A stretch of 55,364 bases of DNA, filler included, from Squatina squatina (lineage: Eukaryota), in assembly GCA_031763465.1 (NCBI GenBank). It is 3 parts of 3 records of this genome, joined end to end, with 100 filler letters (N's around TTAATTAATTAA, not from the genome) between each part and the next. Parts side by side here need not be neighbours in the genome. Positions count along the whole stretch, not along the records: positions 1 to 21,399 come from JARFOE010000016.1; 2 more parts are not named here. The stretch is one strand, 5' to 3'. The notes beneath the pieces were generated by a model. It saw nothing but the letters and a program-made list of their open reading frames with translations. It did no database searches and was not told the DNA's origin. Shown here piece after piece: positions 1 through 13,833 of this stretch; position 1 is the first letter of the stretch; every line of letters begins with the position of its first letter. Position numbers and translations under genes: made by a program.

Positions 1-2662
1 AAACATTTCTATTGTATTAATCTGTAAACGGAGTTGGTAAATTTACATTCCATCAAAACGGCATTCTTCCTTTTTCTACAATGGCTTTCATCATCCAAAT
101 TCCATGCCATCTCGCGAGAGTGTGATTTGGATCATGGTTTCAAATCTAACAAATTAGTATACAAATCCTTCAGTAGTGTATGGGCTATATTTTAAATGTT
201 ATGCTGCATTGCTGGACTCTCAGTCTCAAAGCAAACAAGGACATTTGAGAATCTGGAAATGCCAACTGTGATTAGTATCTCAATAATGAAGCATTGTGCA
301 CTCAAATGTCTGCACACTAGTTCAGAATAATAAGACCCAATGTTTAAATCATTTATGAGCTATGTTGCAAAAATATTTGACAAAACTGAATAAAAAGAAT
401 AAATACATTGATGTTAGAAAGGAAGTACTGTATAAAAGTTCCCAGGCAAATGCATCAATGCACTACAGTCAAAACAAGATTAATGGAGCACATCCCAAAG
501 CATTACGAGCAAATGCTCTGGTTTCTAAAGTAGTATCAATAAAACCCATCCTCACCTGCTGAACCTGTGGGGTGGATTGAACATGGTGCAGATTAACGCT
601 TGATTTACCTAGATTCACTAGTAGTCAAATAATACTATACTTGATAATCCATAAAGCGAGTTGAATCAGTGGCTGAAACTATGCCAAAACTGAAAGCTTT
701 GCGACTCCATTCAGATACTTAAAATGCCAACCTGCCTTGGGTCTCGTTAAAGATGAGCACAAGAGTGCATTCCGCTTAAACAGTTGTGAATGGATTGATC
801 TTTTCCACAGCTGAGACAAGTGAATACAATACGGTAATTCTTCTAATGTCATTTCTTGCTGCTTCTTTCATTGCAAGCCCGTGTCTTCAGCTGTTCACAA
901 CCACCAATCAGAGAGGAGTGCGACATAGGATGACATAGCCTGCAGATAAAATCCAGCTTTTTTTTTTAAATGTTTATGCTTCACAGGAAATCAAGCATCG
1001 CCTGTTATTACCATTGCTGCTTCCCTTATGAGTTTCATTTTCTGCTTGATGCATTTTACTTTCCGAACACACAGAATAATAGCACATAAAGAGGAGCCTC
1101 TGTGATAACAGCTTTTTAATCAGAGTGGATGCTGCCTAATGCTTAAACAGTCAGAATATCCATGGAATTTCAAAAGCATTTCTGATGAGAGAATAATGAC
1201 ACACCAATGCCAATGTTATCCCTATTGAACTACGATTGCTTTTGCACCCAAACATCAAATTGAGCTCATTGTGACTCCACACACTGAGTCTATCATTCCG
1301 GTTTGTGTCTCAAGTGTTGACTGAATGATTAACACTTGAACTCAATTTTTTCCTATAGTCCTCAAGCAGTAGAGTACAGAAATATTGATGTAATATATTC
1401 CATATTATTGCATTTTTGTGGTAGAAAGATTGGTAATAGATGCATTGCAACAATCTGCTTCTTGACATTTACGTGAAGGGTACTTTAAAATCATTAAATC
1501 CTGTCTGCAGCTGTTAACAACCGAAAGTCTGGGAGTGGGCTGTTTATATTACAGCACGAGCCGCCATACTTTCCTTCTGCAAGAGATAAATGTGCATGCG
1601 ATTAGGATGATCCTGCCATGGTCATTCAGTTATAAATAATCAAAGGTGAAATTCAAACCCAAAGGAAAAACACTTGGAGGAAATGTCAGGGGAAAACCTG
1701 GAAGGCCTCAGCACAATACTNNNNNNNNNNNNNNNNNNNNNNNNNNNNNNNNNNNNNNNNNNNNNNNNNNNNNNNNNNNNNNNNNNNNNNNNNNNNNNNN
1801 NNNNNNNNNNNNNNNNNNNNNNNNNNNNNNNNNNNNNNNNNNNNNNNNNNNNNNNNNNNNNNNNNNNNNNNNNNNNNNNNNNNNNNNNNNNNNNNNNNNN
1901 NNNNNNNNNNNNNNNNNNNNNNNNNNNNNNNNNNNNNNNNNNNNNNNNNNNNNNNNNNNNNNNNNNNNNNNNNNNNNNNNNNNNNNNNNNNNNNNNNNNN
2001 NNNNNNNNNNNNNNNNNNNNNNNNNNNNNNNNNNNNNNNNNNNNNNNNNNNNNNNNNNNNNNNNNNNNNNNNNNNNNNNNNNNNNNNNNNNNNNNNNNNN
2101 NNNNNNNNNNNNNNNNNNNNNNNNNNNNNNNNNNNNNNNNNNNNNNNNNNNNNNNNNNNNNNNNNNNNNNNNNNNNNNNNNNNNNNNNNNNNNNNNNNNN
2201 NNNNNNNNNNNNNNNNNNNNNNNNNNNNNNNNNNNNNNNNNNNNNNNNNNNNNNNNNNNNNNNNNNNNNNNNNNNNNNNNNNNNNNNNNNNNNNNNNNNN
2301 NNNNNNNNNNNNNNNNNNNNNNNNNNNNNNNNNNNNNNNNNNNNNNNNNNNNNNNNNNNNNNNNNNNNNNNNNNNNNNNNNNNNNNNNNNNNNNNNNNNN
2401 NNNNNNNNNNNNNNNNNNNNNNNNNNNNNNNNNNNNNNNNNNNNNNNNNNNNNNNNNNNNNNNNNNNNNNNNNNNNNNNNNNNNNNNNNNNNNNNNNNNN
2501 NNNNNNNNNNNNNNNNNNNNNNNNNNNNNNNNNNNNNNNNNNNNNNNNNNNNNNNNNNNNNNNNNNNNNNNNNNNNNNNNNNNNNNNNNNNNNNNNNNNN
2601 NNNNNNNNNNNNNNNNNNNNNNNNNNNNNNNNNNNNNNNNNNNNNNNNNNNNNNNNNNNNNN

Positions 2663-2870
2663 TTAAAGTGACAGGCGACCGGACATTCAGGGTCACGCTT
2701 ATGGACTGAACGGAGGTGTTCTGCAAAGTGACCACCCAATCTGCGTTTGGCCTCCCCATTGTAGGGGAGACCACATCGTGAGCAGCGAATACAGTATACT
2801 AAATCGAAAGAAGTACAAGTAACTTGCTAACTCACCTGGAAGGAGTGTTTGGGGTCCTGGACGGTGCGAA
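2663..2870 (-). mobile_element. Penelope-like retroelement fragment (GIY-YIG endonuclease)
   Basis: Minus strand reads LVYCIRCSRCGLPYNGEAKRRLGGHFAEHLRSVHKRDPECPVACHF, matching the PLE GIY-YIG pattern; truncated by a gap. Confidence 0.8.
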
Positions 2871-3069
2871 AGGTGGCTGTAAAATGTGTACAAGTGCCCA
2901 TGTATTTTTTAAAACATATCAAAATTAGATGTACCTTTTAACAATAAAGCATCTATTAAATACTTTTTCAGTAAAAGGTTCAGGTTTTAAAAAAAGTTCT
3001 CCTAATCATTCCAATCCTAGGTGTGCTGTTTTATTTACAATAATGAAATAACAGACCGTACATGCTTAC

Positions 3070-3134
3070 CTACTGTCCAGTTCAAGCTCCAGCAAAGACT
3101 GAGTTCTCTCAGACGTACAATGTAAACACCACAT
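3070..3134 (-). CDS. IQSEC1: IQSEC1 (BRAG2/GEP100) alternative first coding exon MWCLHCTSERTQSLLELELDS
   Basis: gccATG...AGT AG|gtaagc, phase-2 donor; nearly identical to the recalled human IQSEC1 N-terminus MWCLHCNSERTQSLLELELDS. Confidence 0.93.
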
Positions 3135-3837
3135 GGCTGTAACAGTAAGCAGAAGGGGGGAGTCCAATGTGTTAACAAAACTCCAATTCAGCTAAGCATT
3201 GTAAAACACAATGCTTGTGCGGGTGAGGGTGTGACATGCATATGTGGCAAAACCACATTAGTCCTTTAACAGAACGAACCGAGGAGACTCGAACAGTTCA
3301 GTATACAATATGCTTTTGGCTTCGGAAGAAAATGAAATTCAACAGTACTTGGAGGAGGAAGCTCCCTGTTTGGGAGTGGTTGATTGATCTAGTTAATCAA
3401 CCTGATTTGTTAAGAGCTTTTCCCAGGGAGCTATTTGCCACTGGAAGGCAATGCTGTAATCATATTTGATGCAGATTGTCGGTGCAAACAGCAGTACAAC
3501 TGGGAGTTGGTCCATGTGATGTGTAGGCAGCTCTATTAATAGATGTATTCAGACTGATAAACGCTGAAGTCTGTCTTTACCAATTTATTGATACTGATCA
3601 GCTTTGTGCAAGTGTAGCTGCCTGCAGTTAAAGGAGACGGGTCTCCTTATGCTTAAGGTTTGTTAACACTCGTTCTGGAATGTACAAACTGGACCTGTAT
3701 TGTATTCACACTTCTGAAGGCTTAAATTGCTTTCCTCCATATATTTGTACTTCAAGCTAATGCTAATTTTAAAGGAAATCATATAAATACTGACAAGAAA
3801 TAAAGGAAAGGAAGGAAAGAAAGCGGGAAGCAAAGAA

Positions 3838-4055
3838 TTTTTTTTTTGAAATGTAGTCATTGGTGTAATGTCAGAAACGCGGCAGCCAATTAGCGCACAG
3901 CAAATTCTCACAAACAGCAATGCGATAATGACCAGATAAATCTGTGTTTTCGTGATGTTGATTGAGGGATAAATATTAGCCAGGATAACTCCCCTGCTCT
4001 TCTTTGAAATAATACCATGGAATCTTTTACATCCATCTGAGGTAACAGACGGGGT
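3838..4055 (-). mobile_element. DeuSINE-type (SacSINE1/AmnSINE1-like) SINE fragment
   Basis: Core gggataaatattagccaggataactcccctgctcttctttgaaat...ggaatcttttacatcc resembles the recalled Deu-domain SINE sequence; related tail pieces at about 6070-6195, 16470-16570 and 46390-46480. Confidence 0.65.
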
Positions 4056-4156
4056 NNNNNNNNNNNNNNNNNNNNNNNNNNNNNNNNNNNNNNNNNNNNN
4101 NNNNNNNNNNNNNNNNNNNNNNNNNNNNNNNNNNNNNNNNNNNNNNNNNNNNNNNG

Positions 4157-4240
4157 GTGATCGAACCGAAACGTTGACTCTGTTTTTCTCTCCACAGATG
4201 CTGTCTGACCTGAGTTTTTCCAGCATTTTTTGTTTGTACT
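4157..4240 (+). mobile_element. Penelope-like terminal repeat fragment
   Basis: gaaacgttgactctgtttttctctccacagatgctgtctgacctgag...tccagcatttttt is a common shark repeat motif; related copies at about 38.4 and 48.6 kb. Confidence 0.5.
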
Positions 4241-5779
4241 CTTTTTTTCCATATCCTTTTTGTAGAAGAATGATCAAAAATCCCCAAATGTGACAGTATA
4301 TATTGTCACATTATACAAGTTCAATGAAAGTGTCAAGCTTCCATTTAGATACAGTTACAGTTCTGCATTCAGATGCCTTTTTTTTTCCTAGTCATTATTA
4401 AAAGTGCACTCCAGTTCATTGAATGCCAGCATGTTCATGTGCTGATGAGACAATTCTTAAAAACCTGCAGCATCAGGTTTCTGCTTTGCAGGAAATGCAG
4501 CCCAGATGAAGCAGGCAAAATTCCAATCTCATAAATGTTCAAAATTTACAATACCCTGATCCGAGACTTCAATGGTGCATAATCCTGATGGCTTAACTTT
4601 GGCAAATTTTCAGATTAAGAATGCAACAAAAACAGTTTTGAATTTAGAACAAAGCTGGAAATCAATTAACATTCATGCAGAAGTAGTACTGTTACAAATT
4701 CAACAACAGGAACACTTTCAATGAATGCAACAAGCTCTGAAACAGCATTTAAGTTTTTGATCCATGATGACTAATCAGATCTTCAGATTGATTATTCAGC
4801 TACTACAGAATTTGATTTGTGTTTGTTACTTGTTTTAATGAAAATGCTAACTGGAAGTAGTCTTGTAGCTACAAAATAAGTTAGACATCCATCAGGGAGT
4901 ATGTGAATTCCCAATCTTGACCAAAAGTGAATTACGGATTTCTCTACAGTTTTGCTAGTCTACAGAGCATCTTGGTTGAGTGTGCCATCTGACATAACTT
5001 AAGCATGCTTCCTAGCAGGGTGATCTAGAAGTACCACTGATTGTGAATGTCTCTGTGGATATCTCTGGACACAATCAGGAATGTGCTGATTTAAATATAT
5101 CATAGATATGAAATAGTGGAGAGAATTAAGAGTAAGGAAAAAAAAAGAAAAAAATCATTCTTTAAATAATGCAGAAAAAGATACTTATCCTTTCAATCAT
5201 ACACAAGTTTCACAGAAAACATTACACTCTCTGCTCATAAGTAGTCCTTTATGTAACAAGACAATGTTTGACACGATACCAGTATATTTGACTGAAAAAC
5301 CCCAAACAGGAATAATTTTTGTACTGCTCCCTCACTATTCTACGGAGCCAAAAACACCATCCTTCGCTCAATACATTCCCTCAGATCCACTCTCATTTAT
5401 GAGCAAATCTTCACGTTTCTAGCATCATAGTAACGGCAACAAGTTGTTTTAATACTAAAGGTTAAGAGAATATCACACCATGCCACCACTAAACCAGAGT
5501 TTTACATTGGTTACAAGAAGCTATAGGTCAATAAGGGTTTAGCCACATCAGTACCGTTGGTGTTGGGATCATAAATGTTACTTTATGCTTCCAAGACTGT
5601 TACAAATACAAATATCATTTTTTTCATAAATGTTTTCAAACATTTAGCCCCTATCAGCTGTTTTAAAAGGACTTGATGAATTAACACCCACCCTATTAGC
5701 TAGATAGTGCAAAGAAGCTTTATTGGCTGACTAAAAGTCAACCTTTAAATAGCACTCCTCCAGCCGACATCCGTCTGAA

Positions 5780-6055
5780 ACCCGACTGCTGAAACTATCA
5801 TTGTCAGCACCAAGTACAAAACCAGGGGGCAAGGGCCAATTTTTGTTCTGGGGCGCTGCACATGGTGATGACGACAGCATCACTGATTGCAGCAGAGCGG
5901 GACGCTACGTGTTACCGCTGCTGCAAAACCTCTGCCGAATTTAGCGGGAGGCGTGGTTTTCACTGCGCCTGGTCTCAAACTCATTTCCGTCCCATTAGCA
6001 CCCCCCAGGGGCGCTAATGGGAGGCGCAAAGTAGCTCAATTTCTGCCCCCTAATA
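5780..6055. mobile_element. GC-rich non-autonomous DNA-transposon (MITE-like) fragment
   Basis: CpG-rich island in AT-rich DNA ending caatttctgcccc, which mirrors the ggggccgaaattg terminus at about 39855; family assignment uncertain. Confidence 0.4.
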
Positions 6056-6249
6056 TTTGCTGCCTGTGTTTCCCTCTTTCTACATTTCCTACGTTACAGT
6101 GATAACACTTCAAAAAGTACTTCATTGGCTATCAAGCGCTTTGAGACGTCTAGTGGTCGTGAAGGGCACTATATAAATATAAGTCTTTCTTTCTTTGTCA
6201 GAGGCTCCTCCTGTGTAATGGTGCTCTTAAACTATTGGTATTGATAAAA

Positions 6250-6606
6250 TATATCAGTGCGTTATTTTTGGGAAAGCAGTTTTTTTTAATATGATTGATC
6301 GGTGAGTGTTATTTTATGGCTATATTGGTGTGTGTTTTTTTCGGGTATCAGTGTACGTTATATTATGGATATATCAGGGAGTACCATCTTCTGGATACCA
6401 GCGCACGTTATTTTATGGGTTATCATTTTTTGAGACATCAGTGTACTTTTTATGGGTTATCAGTGTATGTTAATTCATGGGTATATCATTATATGTTAAT
6501 TAATTGGTATATCTGAGTTTTCTCTTTACACCAATGAGTGTTAATTTGGGGGTATCAGTGTATTTATGGGTATATCAGTGAGTGTTCTTTTATTGGATAT
6601 CAGTGC
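6250..6606. repeat. Degenerate minisatellite (ggatatatcagtg...ttttat units)
   Basis: Recurrent tatcagtg and ttatgggt motifs about every 25-30 bp, running into a gap. Confidence 0.7.
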
Positions 6607-9600
6607 NNNNNNNNNNNNNNNNNNNNNNNNNNNNNNNNNNNNNNNNNNNNNNNNNNNNNNNNNNNNNNNNNNNNNNNNNNNNNNNNNNNNNNNNNNNNNN
6701 NNNNNNACTGTACACAAAGGAAGGGAAACCAATCAGGGATATATTCCATTGATTGAGAAGAGCACAGCTGATCAAAAGGTGGGTTTACATCCCCACCAAA
6801 CACTCCAGTGAAACATGATTCATTGAATAACTGCTTCAAGTCTGGTGTACACTCCTGAAAGGGAAAAGAAAGGTCACTGTAGTATCTCCAGGCTTCACTT
6901 TTTCTCCAAAACAGAGTTCCGATTTACATCAAATCTGCACTCTCTGTTCCTTCCGTTTCTTTCCTTCATTACATCAGACTACAAATTACAGGCTACTGCA
7001 AGGAAATCTACTCATAACATCAACATTATTCTACTGTTGTACAGTATGTAAACACTGAAGTAGAAGCTTCTGTAGACTGTGCTTATTCATCAGATTACTA
7101 CTGTTACTGCAGTCACTTGCTGCACTGCATAATTCACCTACCTCTGACTTCATGCTTTTGCAGACCATGAATAAGTAAAAAATACACAGCTGGAGCTGTC
7201 ACGGTTCCGGATGCAGTGGAATTGCAGTGACTGTGTGGCCTGGAGGAAGATGAAGCTGTTCGAGTGCCTCGTTGTGGAGCTCAGGGCAGGCCTAAGTTGA
7301 TGGATTTACTGATCAGCAAAATCATGTAACATCGATGTGATGGGCTGTACTTTGTGGCTTTACCTATTCAGCAGCTTTCATGATCTAGTGTAACCTAATG
7401 CATGCTCGCCCGATAATTGCTTCTGTTAAACAATCATGCTTCAAGGTCATTGCCTGCTAAGCTTCAGTATAAATCAGAAATGGGAATCAGGAACTGGCAA
7501 ATACTTATTGAATTTGAACATCACACGTGCTAGAGCATCACGTACAAATAGCCATAGCTCTTTTAGCTCTAAATAACACATCCTTTAGATTGCAGGTGAA
7601 AGTAATCAGCTACCAGGCTGCAGTGCCAATGTATGCAATGGGCATCAGTAAGGTCAGTGGCAATGACATTTTGTACATCAAACCCACAAAGCATGCATTG
7701 ATAAATCAGGAAAGATTTTTCATTTTTCTATTGCCAGGATATCAGGGACTGAATTACTTTTGTACAGACTCACAGTCTGCACTTCAAAGCAAATTAAAAT
7801 GAAAGCTTGATCTTGTTCTGACAAAGTTCTGTTGAAGTTTTTTTTGTTTAATAATCTTATGTCTATTTGTCAGACTAAAGAAGATGAAAGTTACCCCTTG
7901 CCATTTCATTTATAAAACAGGTAATTCTACAAGTTTTATTATACAGCTNNNNNNNNNNNNNNNNNNNNNNNNNNNNNNNNNNNNNNNNNNNNNNNNNNNN
8001 NNNNNNNNNNNNNNNNNNNNNNNNNNNNNNNNNNNNNNNNNNNNNNNNAAGCAATTCTGAATATATTCTGAAAGGCAGCCTAGTGTTAGTTAAAAACCTC
8101 TGTTGCAAAACACAAGTGGCCCAGATACATTTTTCAATGTTAGAGTGGCAGATTTAATTGTTGCAAATGAACTTTTAAAACAAAGTTCCAGCTCAGGGGA
8201 AAAAAAAGTCCATCAGCAATACCAGGTAAAATGGTTATTCTGTTCTGACTATTCCTGAAACTTTCAAGTTTAAACTGTTACATTTGCTGATTTGCAGTGA
8301 TTCCCTCTACGTATCTATCCTGGGATGGGATTTCTTTGCACTAACCACACCAAATATATCCTGTATGTTCCAACTTTCATTTCTTTGCTTTTGTCCACAC
8401 TATCTTTCTTTAAGTTGGTGCTGAAATTAAATTTCAATCACTGTCTGATGCTCGTATAAAGAAGTTAGCAGTAGGAGCACGCCAGACAGCACAGAGCAAC
8501 AAAATGGAAGAGATGCAGGGTGTACACCCAGGCTGCTTTTTTTCCCTCTTCATATTACTGCTGCTGTCTATAAATGCTCATTAAACCAGATTCTCAAAAA
8601 TAACATATTGCTGACAAATAGCAAAACAAATACAATGCATTTAAATTAGATTCCTGTGACCCAAACACATTTATACCATTTATTTCTTATGTGATGAGTT
8701 CAAATTCTGTCTTGCTATTGAGACACCAATAGGAGACAACGTGGTTCCCCACAGACAAAGGGCCGCTCTCATATCACAAAAAAGCTGGTTACAGAATGAC
8801 ATTGACAAAGGCCGAGGAACAGGTTGTCTATCTTTTCTCCGGTCATGGAACATGAAAAAAATTGGAGTAAAGAATGAACAACTTAAATCCTGAAGTGCTA
8901 TTAAACTCAAGACTTCAACTCTCTCTCACCCACAGACCAATTCAAGGAGAATGGTCCTTGTAATTACACATGACTTCCTTTGGTTACATTACTCCACCCA
9001 ATGCAGACTCTAATTGGTGTTCGATGCAGTGCTCAATATTGCTAGCTGCATTTACATGCAGGTCTTGTACCACAATAAAAATCAAATTGCATCAAAATGC
9101 CAATTTCACAACAAACTTATTTTTTAATTCCCTTTAGCTTTTTCCTGGAGGCACTTGCTCATGAATACCAGGTGCCTTCTGATACCACAAGTATGACATC
9201 ATTCTTTATGCCTCGGATTCGACATAAAAGTCTTGAAAGGTTTTTTTTGAGACTGTGGAGGGCGTTGAAGCGGACCCAATTCCTGCATTCAAAAAGAACA
9301 TTAGCTGATTTGTATCCACTGAGCAGGTCAGGGCACTGAAGCCAAATGTAGTGACCCTAGTGATTCGAGAGCTCAGCAGAAACCAGGAATTAAATCTTGT
9401 AACTTATTGATCTGTATAGCACACTAACATACCAGCCAGTGAATTTACCAAGTCATCAGAAGAACCAACACTGCACATCTGCACAAAAATTACAAGCAGC
9501 CTGTTCCTAAACTTTTTACATCAAACCTCAAGAATTTTACGTTTGCCAGTACTTGTTTAAACTGTCTCTGCCTCATTTTATAGACTATCACCCTGTTTTT

Positions 9601-9703
9601 CCAGAGGAAAAACAAACCCTTTAAAAGTCTTCAAATTCTTGAATATGATACACATGTAATTCTGCCACACCAAAGGATAAAATGAGCTGAAAGTATATCC
9701 TAC

Positions 9704-9750
9704 CTGATTGTCCTCACAGAGATGCAGTACTTCCACATTAGATTCCACAT
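9704..9750 (-). CDS. IQSEC1: Probable IQSEC1 alternative first coding exon MWNLMWKYCISVRTI
   Basis: accATG...ATC AG|gtagga; same strand and phase-2 donor as the other IQSEC1 first exons and located between them. Confidence 0.65.
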
Positions 9751-10579
9751 GGTATTGGCATCACCAATTTGAGCATTTCACTCTTACAAACCATGGGGTT
9801 TTACAGTTGCAGCAGAGAAAAAGGCTGCTTTCAAGAGCAAGCAAATTATTTCCTGGTGCAGCCAGCAGGCAGTTAATGACTCACAGGCCTGAAACAATTT
9901 CCATCGTAACTTATTTAAGGAAAATGTGCATATCCATAAGCCTCAAGAGAACATTAAGTTTCTTAAGTTTTGTTTTTCCATTGCACTTTGCAACTGTGGT
10001 TTGTTTTCCTGATCCGTGTTTTGTAGATCGTTGAAAGCAACCCTGTAACTGAAAATGTATGACGCTCACAATTTACCAAGTAAGGTAAAAGCCCAAACTG
10101 TCCTATGAGGTTTGACAGTCGAGTTCAGCATTGGGTAAGGCTGGCTGACTGTGGGCCCCTGAATATCACTTAGCAGAAGACAGCAAGTATTCAACAATAC
10201 GCCCTAAATCCTCTGGTAGAACTGTTTAACCTCTCAGCTGCCTTCAGAATTTCTTCCTTGTCTACTATGATAAAACATTTCATATGTAGCTAGTGATGAA
10301 TAGATCTGTGTGTCTTCCCGTAAAACATTCAACAAGAAACCATAAATTGTGGTTTAGAAATTGTTTACATCAGTGAAGTCACTACTTGATGATTACTCAA
10401 TTTCAGAGCTCAGCAAATTAAAACAATTACAGCACAAGTCTCTTATCTAAATATATATCCAAATCTGGAAGCATTTTACTCAACTTTAAGTTTAGGTAGT
10501 AATACTGCAAAACATGGACTGGATTTTACGTTACTGTAACTTACAGCAAATTCATCAGAACAAGTAACATTCGCACCAC

Positions 10580-10810
10580 TTAAGTGCTAGGCAATCACCA
10601 TCTCCAACAAGAGAAAGTCTAACCACCCCAGAGAGCCGTGGAGGCTGAGTCATTGAATAAATTCAAGACTGAGATAGACAGATTTTTGATCAGCAGGGGT
10701 ATGGGGAAAAGACAGGGAAGTGGAGTTGAGGCAAATATCAGATCAGCCATGATCTCATTGAATGGTGGAGCAGGCTCGAGGGGCCGAATGGCCTACTCCT
10801 GTTCCTATTT
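10580..10810 (+). mobile_element. CR1-type LINE 3' end
   Basis: EAESLNKFKTEIDRFL followed by gatcagccatgatctcattgaatggtggagcaggctcgaggggccgaatggcctactcctg; this tail recurs many times in the window. Confidence 0.8.
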
Positions 10811-11679
10811 NNNNNNNNNNNNNNNNNNNNNNNNNNNNNNNNNNNNNNNNNNNNNNNNNNNNNNNNNNNNNNNNNNNNNNNNNNNNNNNNNNNNNNNNNN
10901 NNNNNNNNNNAAATAGTAAACTTGTGCTTCAACTTACAACCTGCACAATGCTGAAAAAAAAAAGTTTGGCCTCCTCCCGTTCCTGTTCTTATTCAGCACC
11001 CATCTTTGAATTTGTCGATACTCCCTAGATCTCCCCTGAATTATAACACATCACAAAAGGGCACTCCTTTTGGGAGGGCTGTATGCACTGTAACTATTCA
11101 GGTTTGTTGTTTTGGCGGCTATGATGTAAATGGCTACCATAGCAGCAAGCAACAATGAACTTCATTGGCATTACGCTCACATTAAAGCTGTTCTTTAGAA
11201 ATCGATTTGCCAGATGAATGGTAAAACTCCCCTGTTTGGAGTTCCTGAATCTGTATCAAGTTTCAAAGGTTACTTGGCAGATTTCTTTACATTAGGATCT
11301 GTGATTCAGTATTATTGATGTCATTCATTTTGCTTTCTCAAATTTATATGCTTCATTAGAAATGAAACCTTTAAACGATGCGCAAATGCTTCACATGCAA
11401 AAACTTACGACAAAATCAAATTAAATGCATGGTCATATCCTTCTCGTTAAGATATTATATAAATGACTTTCCCTACAGCCTGCTGTAAACTACCTATGTC
11501 CCAAGTTGTGCTAACAATTGGTGTGCAACTGTAGAAACACACTGTATTAGATTCATTCCTTTCAAGTGTGAAACAAGCTTAACACCAACAAAACGTAACT
11601 ATAAATTGCACTCTTTCATACAATGATTAAGGTGCACACGGATCATCACCCTCAAATGATAATATAAATAATGCCTTAC

Positions 11680-11744
11680 CTTCTATAAAATCCATGGATT
11701 GGTTGTAGACACAAGAACTGCCAATAATCCAAACAGAAGGCTTT
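11680..11744 (-). CDS. IQSEC1: IQSEC1 alternative first coding exon, start codon lost in gap: ...KAFCLDYWQFLCLQPIHGFYR
   Basis: Open frame to AGA AG|gtaagg (phase 2); resembles the recalled IQSEC1 isoform leader MLKxKAFCLDYWQFLCLQP. Confidence 0.8.
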
Positions 11745-13810
11745 NNNNNNNNNNNNNNNNNNNNNNNNNNNNNNNNNNNNNNNTGCTTTTAAATAATTCA
11801 CAGCAAAATTCCTGCTGAGGTTTCAGTATTAAGTTCACATCAGAATTTACGTTCACAAAACAGCTCAATAATCTTCCACATATCTTGGAGCTCCATTCTT
11901 CAAAACACCAATATTTACAGGAGATGGTTACATTGCTCCTCTTGTTATTTTGCTTCCTAGGATAAAAACTTATGACAAGGACAACAGCACATGTCCACCT
12001 TAGTCGCTGGGCTTTTTAATCGACTTGTGCTTACAAAGCCTATTCAACATACTAAGCGTGGTAATCAGTACCTCTTTGTCATTTGAAACCTGCTTTTACT
12101 GTGCGATTTTAATCCAAGCGTGAGAAACCTTAAGTGTTCACTGTTTCCAGGATTCCTAAAGATGCATCAAAAAATACTGAGATCTGGAAAAAAATGCATT
12201 GTAATTTTCCAAATAAGACAAGAAATCTCAAACTTAGGTTTCTTTTTCTGACAAAAAAAGGAGGCTGAACTGTGGCAAGTACAGTACGAACAAAACTGCT
12301 TTCACCGGACACTTGAATTCAGAACTACAGCTGCTCCATTGTCTGTCACTGAGTATGAGAAATGTGGCTTTCCCAGTAACCCGGAATGACAACGAAAACA
12401 ATACCTTACTCAATCAGGGTGTTAATTATGCCTTATCTAATCCCCAGCACCCTTTGCCAATCAGCTCTGTGAGCAGAGAAGCTAATCATCTGTACCACAT
12501 GGTGCTCTGTGGGCAACCTCCCAACCGTAGGAGGTTGCAAGCTAAAGCTGTATAGATAGGCTGATGATGGTTGCTGTAGCAACTGGATCACATTGATAAA
12601 ATCTGGAGCNNNNNNNNNNNNNNNNNNNNNNNNNNNNNNNNNNNNNNNNNNNNNNNNNNNNNNNNNNNNNNNNNNNNNNNNNNNNNNNNNNNNNNNNNNN
12701 NNNNNNNNNAGCTTACCTTGGCAAGATCACCAAATGAAGGATCAGAACAGACCCGAATGGATCCTTTCAACAAGTGAGATGCAGTTCTGGTCATGCAAGC
12801 CAATCGTACATGAAAAATTTACAATGGAGGCTATTTAAATATTTTAGAAGTAACCTGATTCGCGAAGCACGGTCCTGATTGAGTTTCAGGATCAATCTAG
12901 TTAATAGCACCTGTTGTACATCTGGTGAGGAATGCTTCAGCGTGAACACATGAAGAGCTGCTCACGTTTATGGTTATTTGAAGGTGTTTTGCTACTGGTA
13001 AGGTTTAGAATGGTGTTGATAAACACAGCAGCATAACGGTGCAATTGGCATTGCAAATAGTTTAATTTGGGGATGAAATCTTAAGACATTACTAACATAT
13101 CATTGCATCACTTTGCACAGAATATTAAAGGGCATTCAACTCTTCTGTTCCTCTGGGAAACAGCAACAATCCCTTATATCAATTCTGCTCAACAATTGAT
13201 TAAGAAACTGCTCAGGCAGCACAAGAAAATTTCAAATTGATGGAAAGTTAGAAGATTAAATGGTGCAGTATGCTGAAACAGTGTCCTTGCACCTACAAGA
13301 TCTAGAGTTTGAGTCCAGCCCAATGAATGAAAGTGCACACTATTTTCTGACCACAAAAATTACAAGTGGAGAGTATTTAGTCAGCCTCAATCCAAAGCCA
13401 TATGTCCACATGGGTTATAATGAAGTACTAATTAGTAACCTTGCTCAGAAAAACTACAAAAGTTCACTTTTCCCCACTTTGTCTCTACCAATGCTAGTCT
13501 AGATGAATTTTACAGACTGTCCACTGTAACNNNNNNNNNNNNNNNNNNNNNNNNNNNNNNNNNNNNNNNNNNNNNNNNNNNNNNNNNNNNNNNNNNNNNN
13601 NNNNNNNNNNNNNNNNNNNNNNNNNNNNNNAAAACAAAATGTGCTTTACACCATTATGTAGAGGCCAGTGGCTACAAATATTTAAATCACTGCAAATGGC
13701 TTCTGATCACCTGATGGCCTTATGTTAATTAAAAAAAAAGCCATCCACTAATTATTCAAGACGTAACCTGTTATATGCAGCAGAAATATATGGGGTAACT
13801 GTGTACTTAC

Positions 13811-13833
13811 AAATGACAATGTCTGCAGGCCAT
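13811..13833 (-). CDS. IQSEC1: IQSEC1 alternative first coding exon MACRHCH(F/L)
   Basis: aaaATG GCC TGC AGA CAT TGT CAT TT|gtaagt; same 23-nt length and phase as expected for the human IQSEC1 leader MACRRRYF. Confidence 0.8.

Noticed and set aside
1646-2774. Long ORFs of 330-362 aa in the ORF track
   Set aside because: They consist almost entirely of N-gap translation; the same applies to most other X-containing ORFs.
12717-12830. Possible additional IQSEC1 exon ending AAG|gtaagc
   Set aside because: The open frame ends in phase 0, unlike the phase-2 leaders, and the peptide is not recognisable; it could still be a UTR exon.
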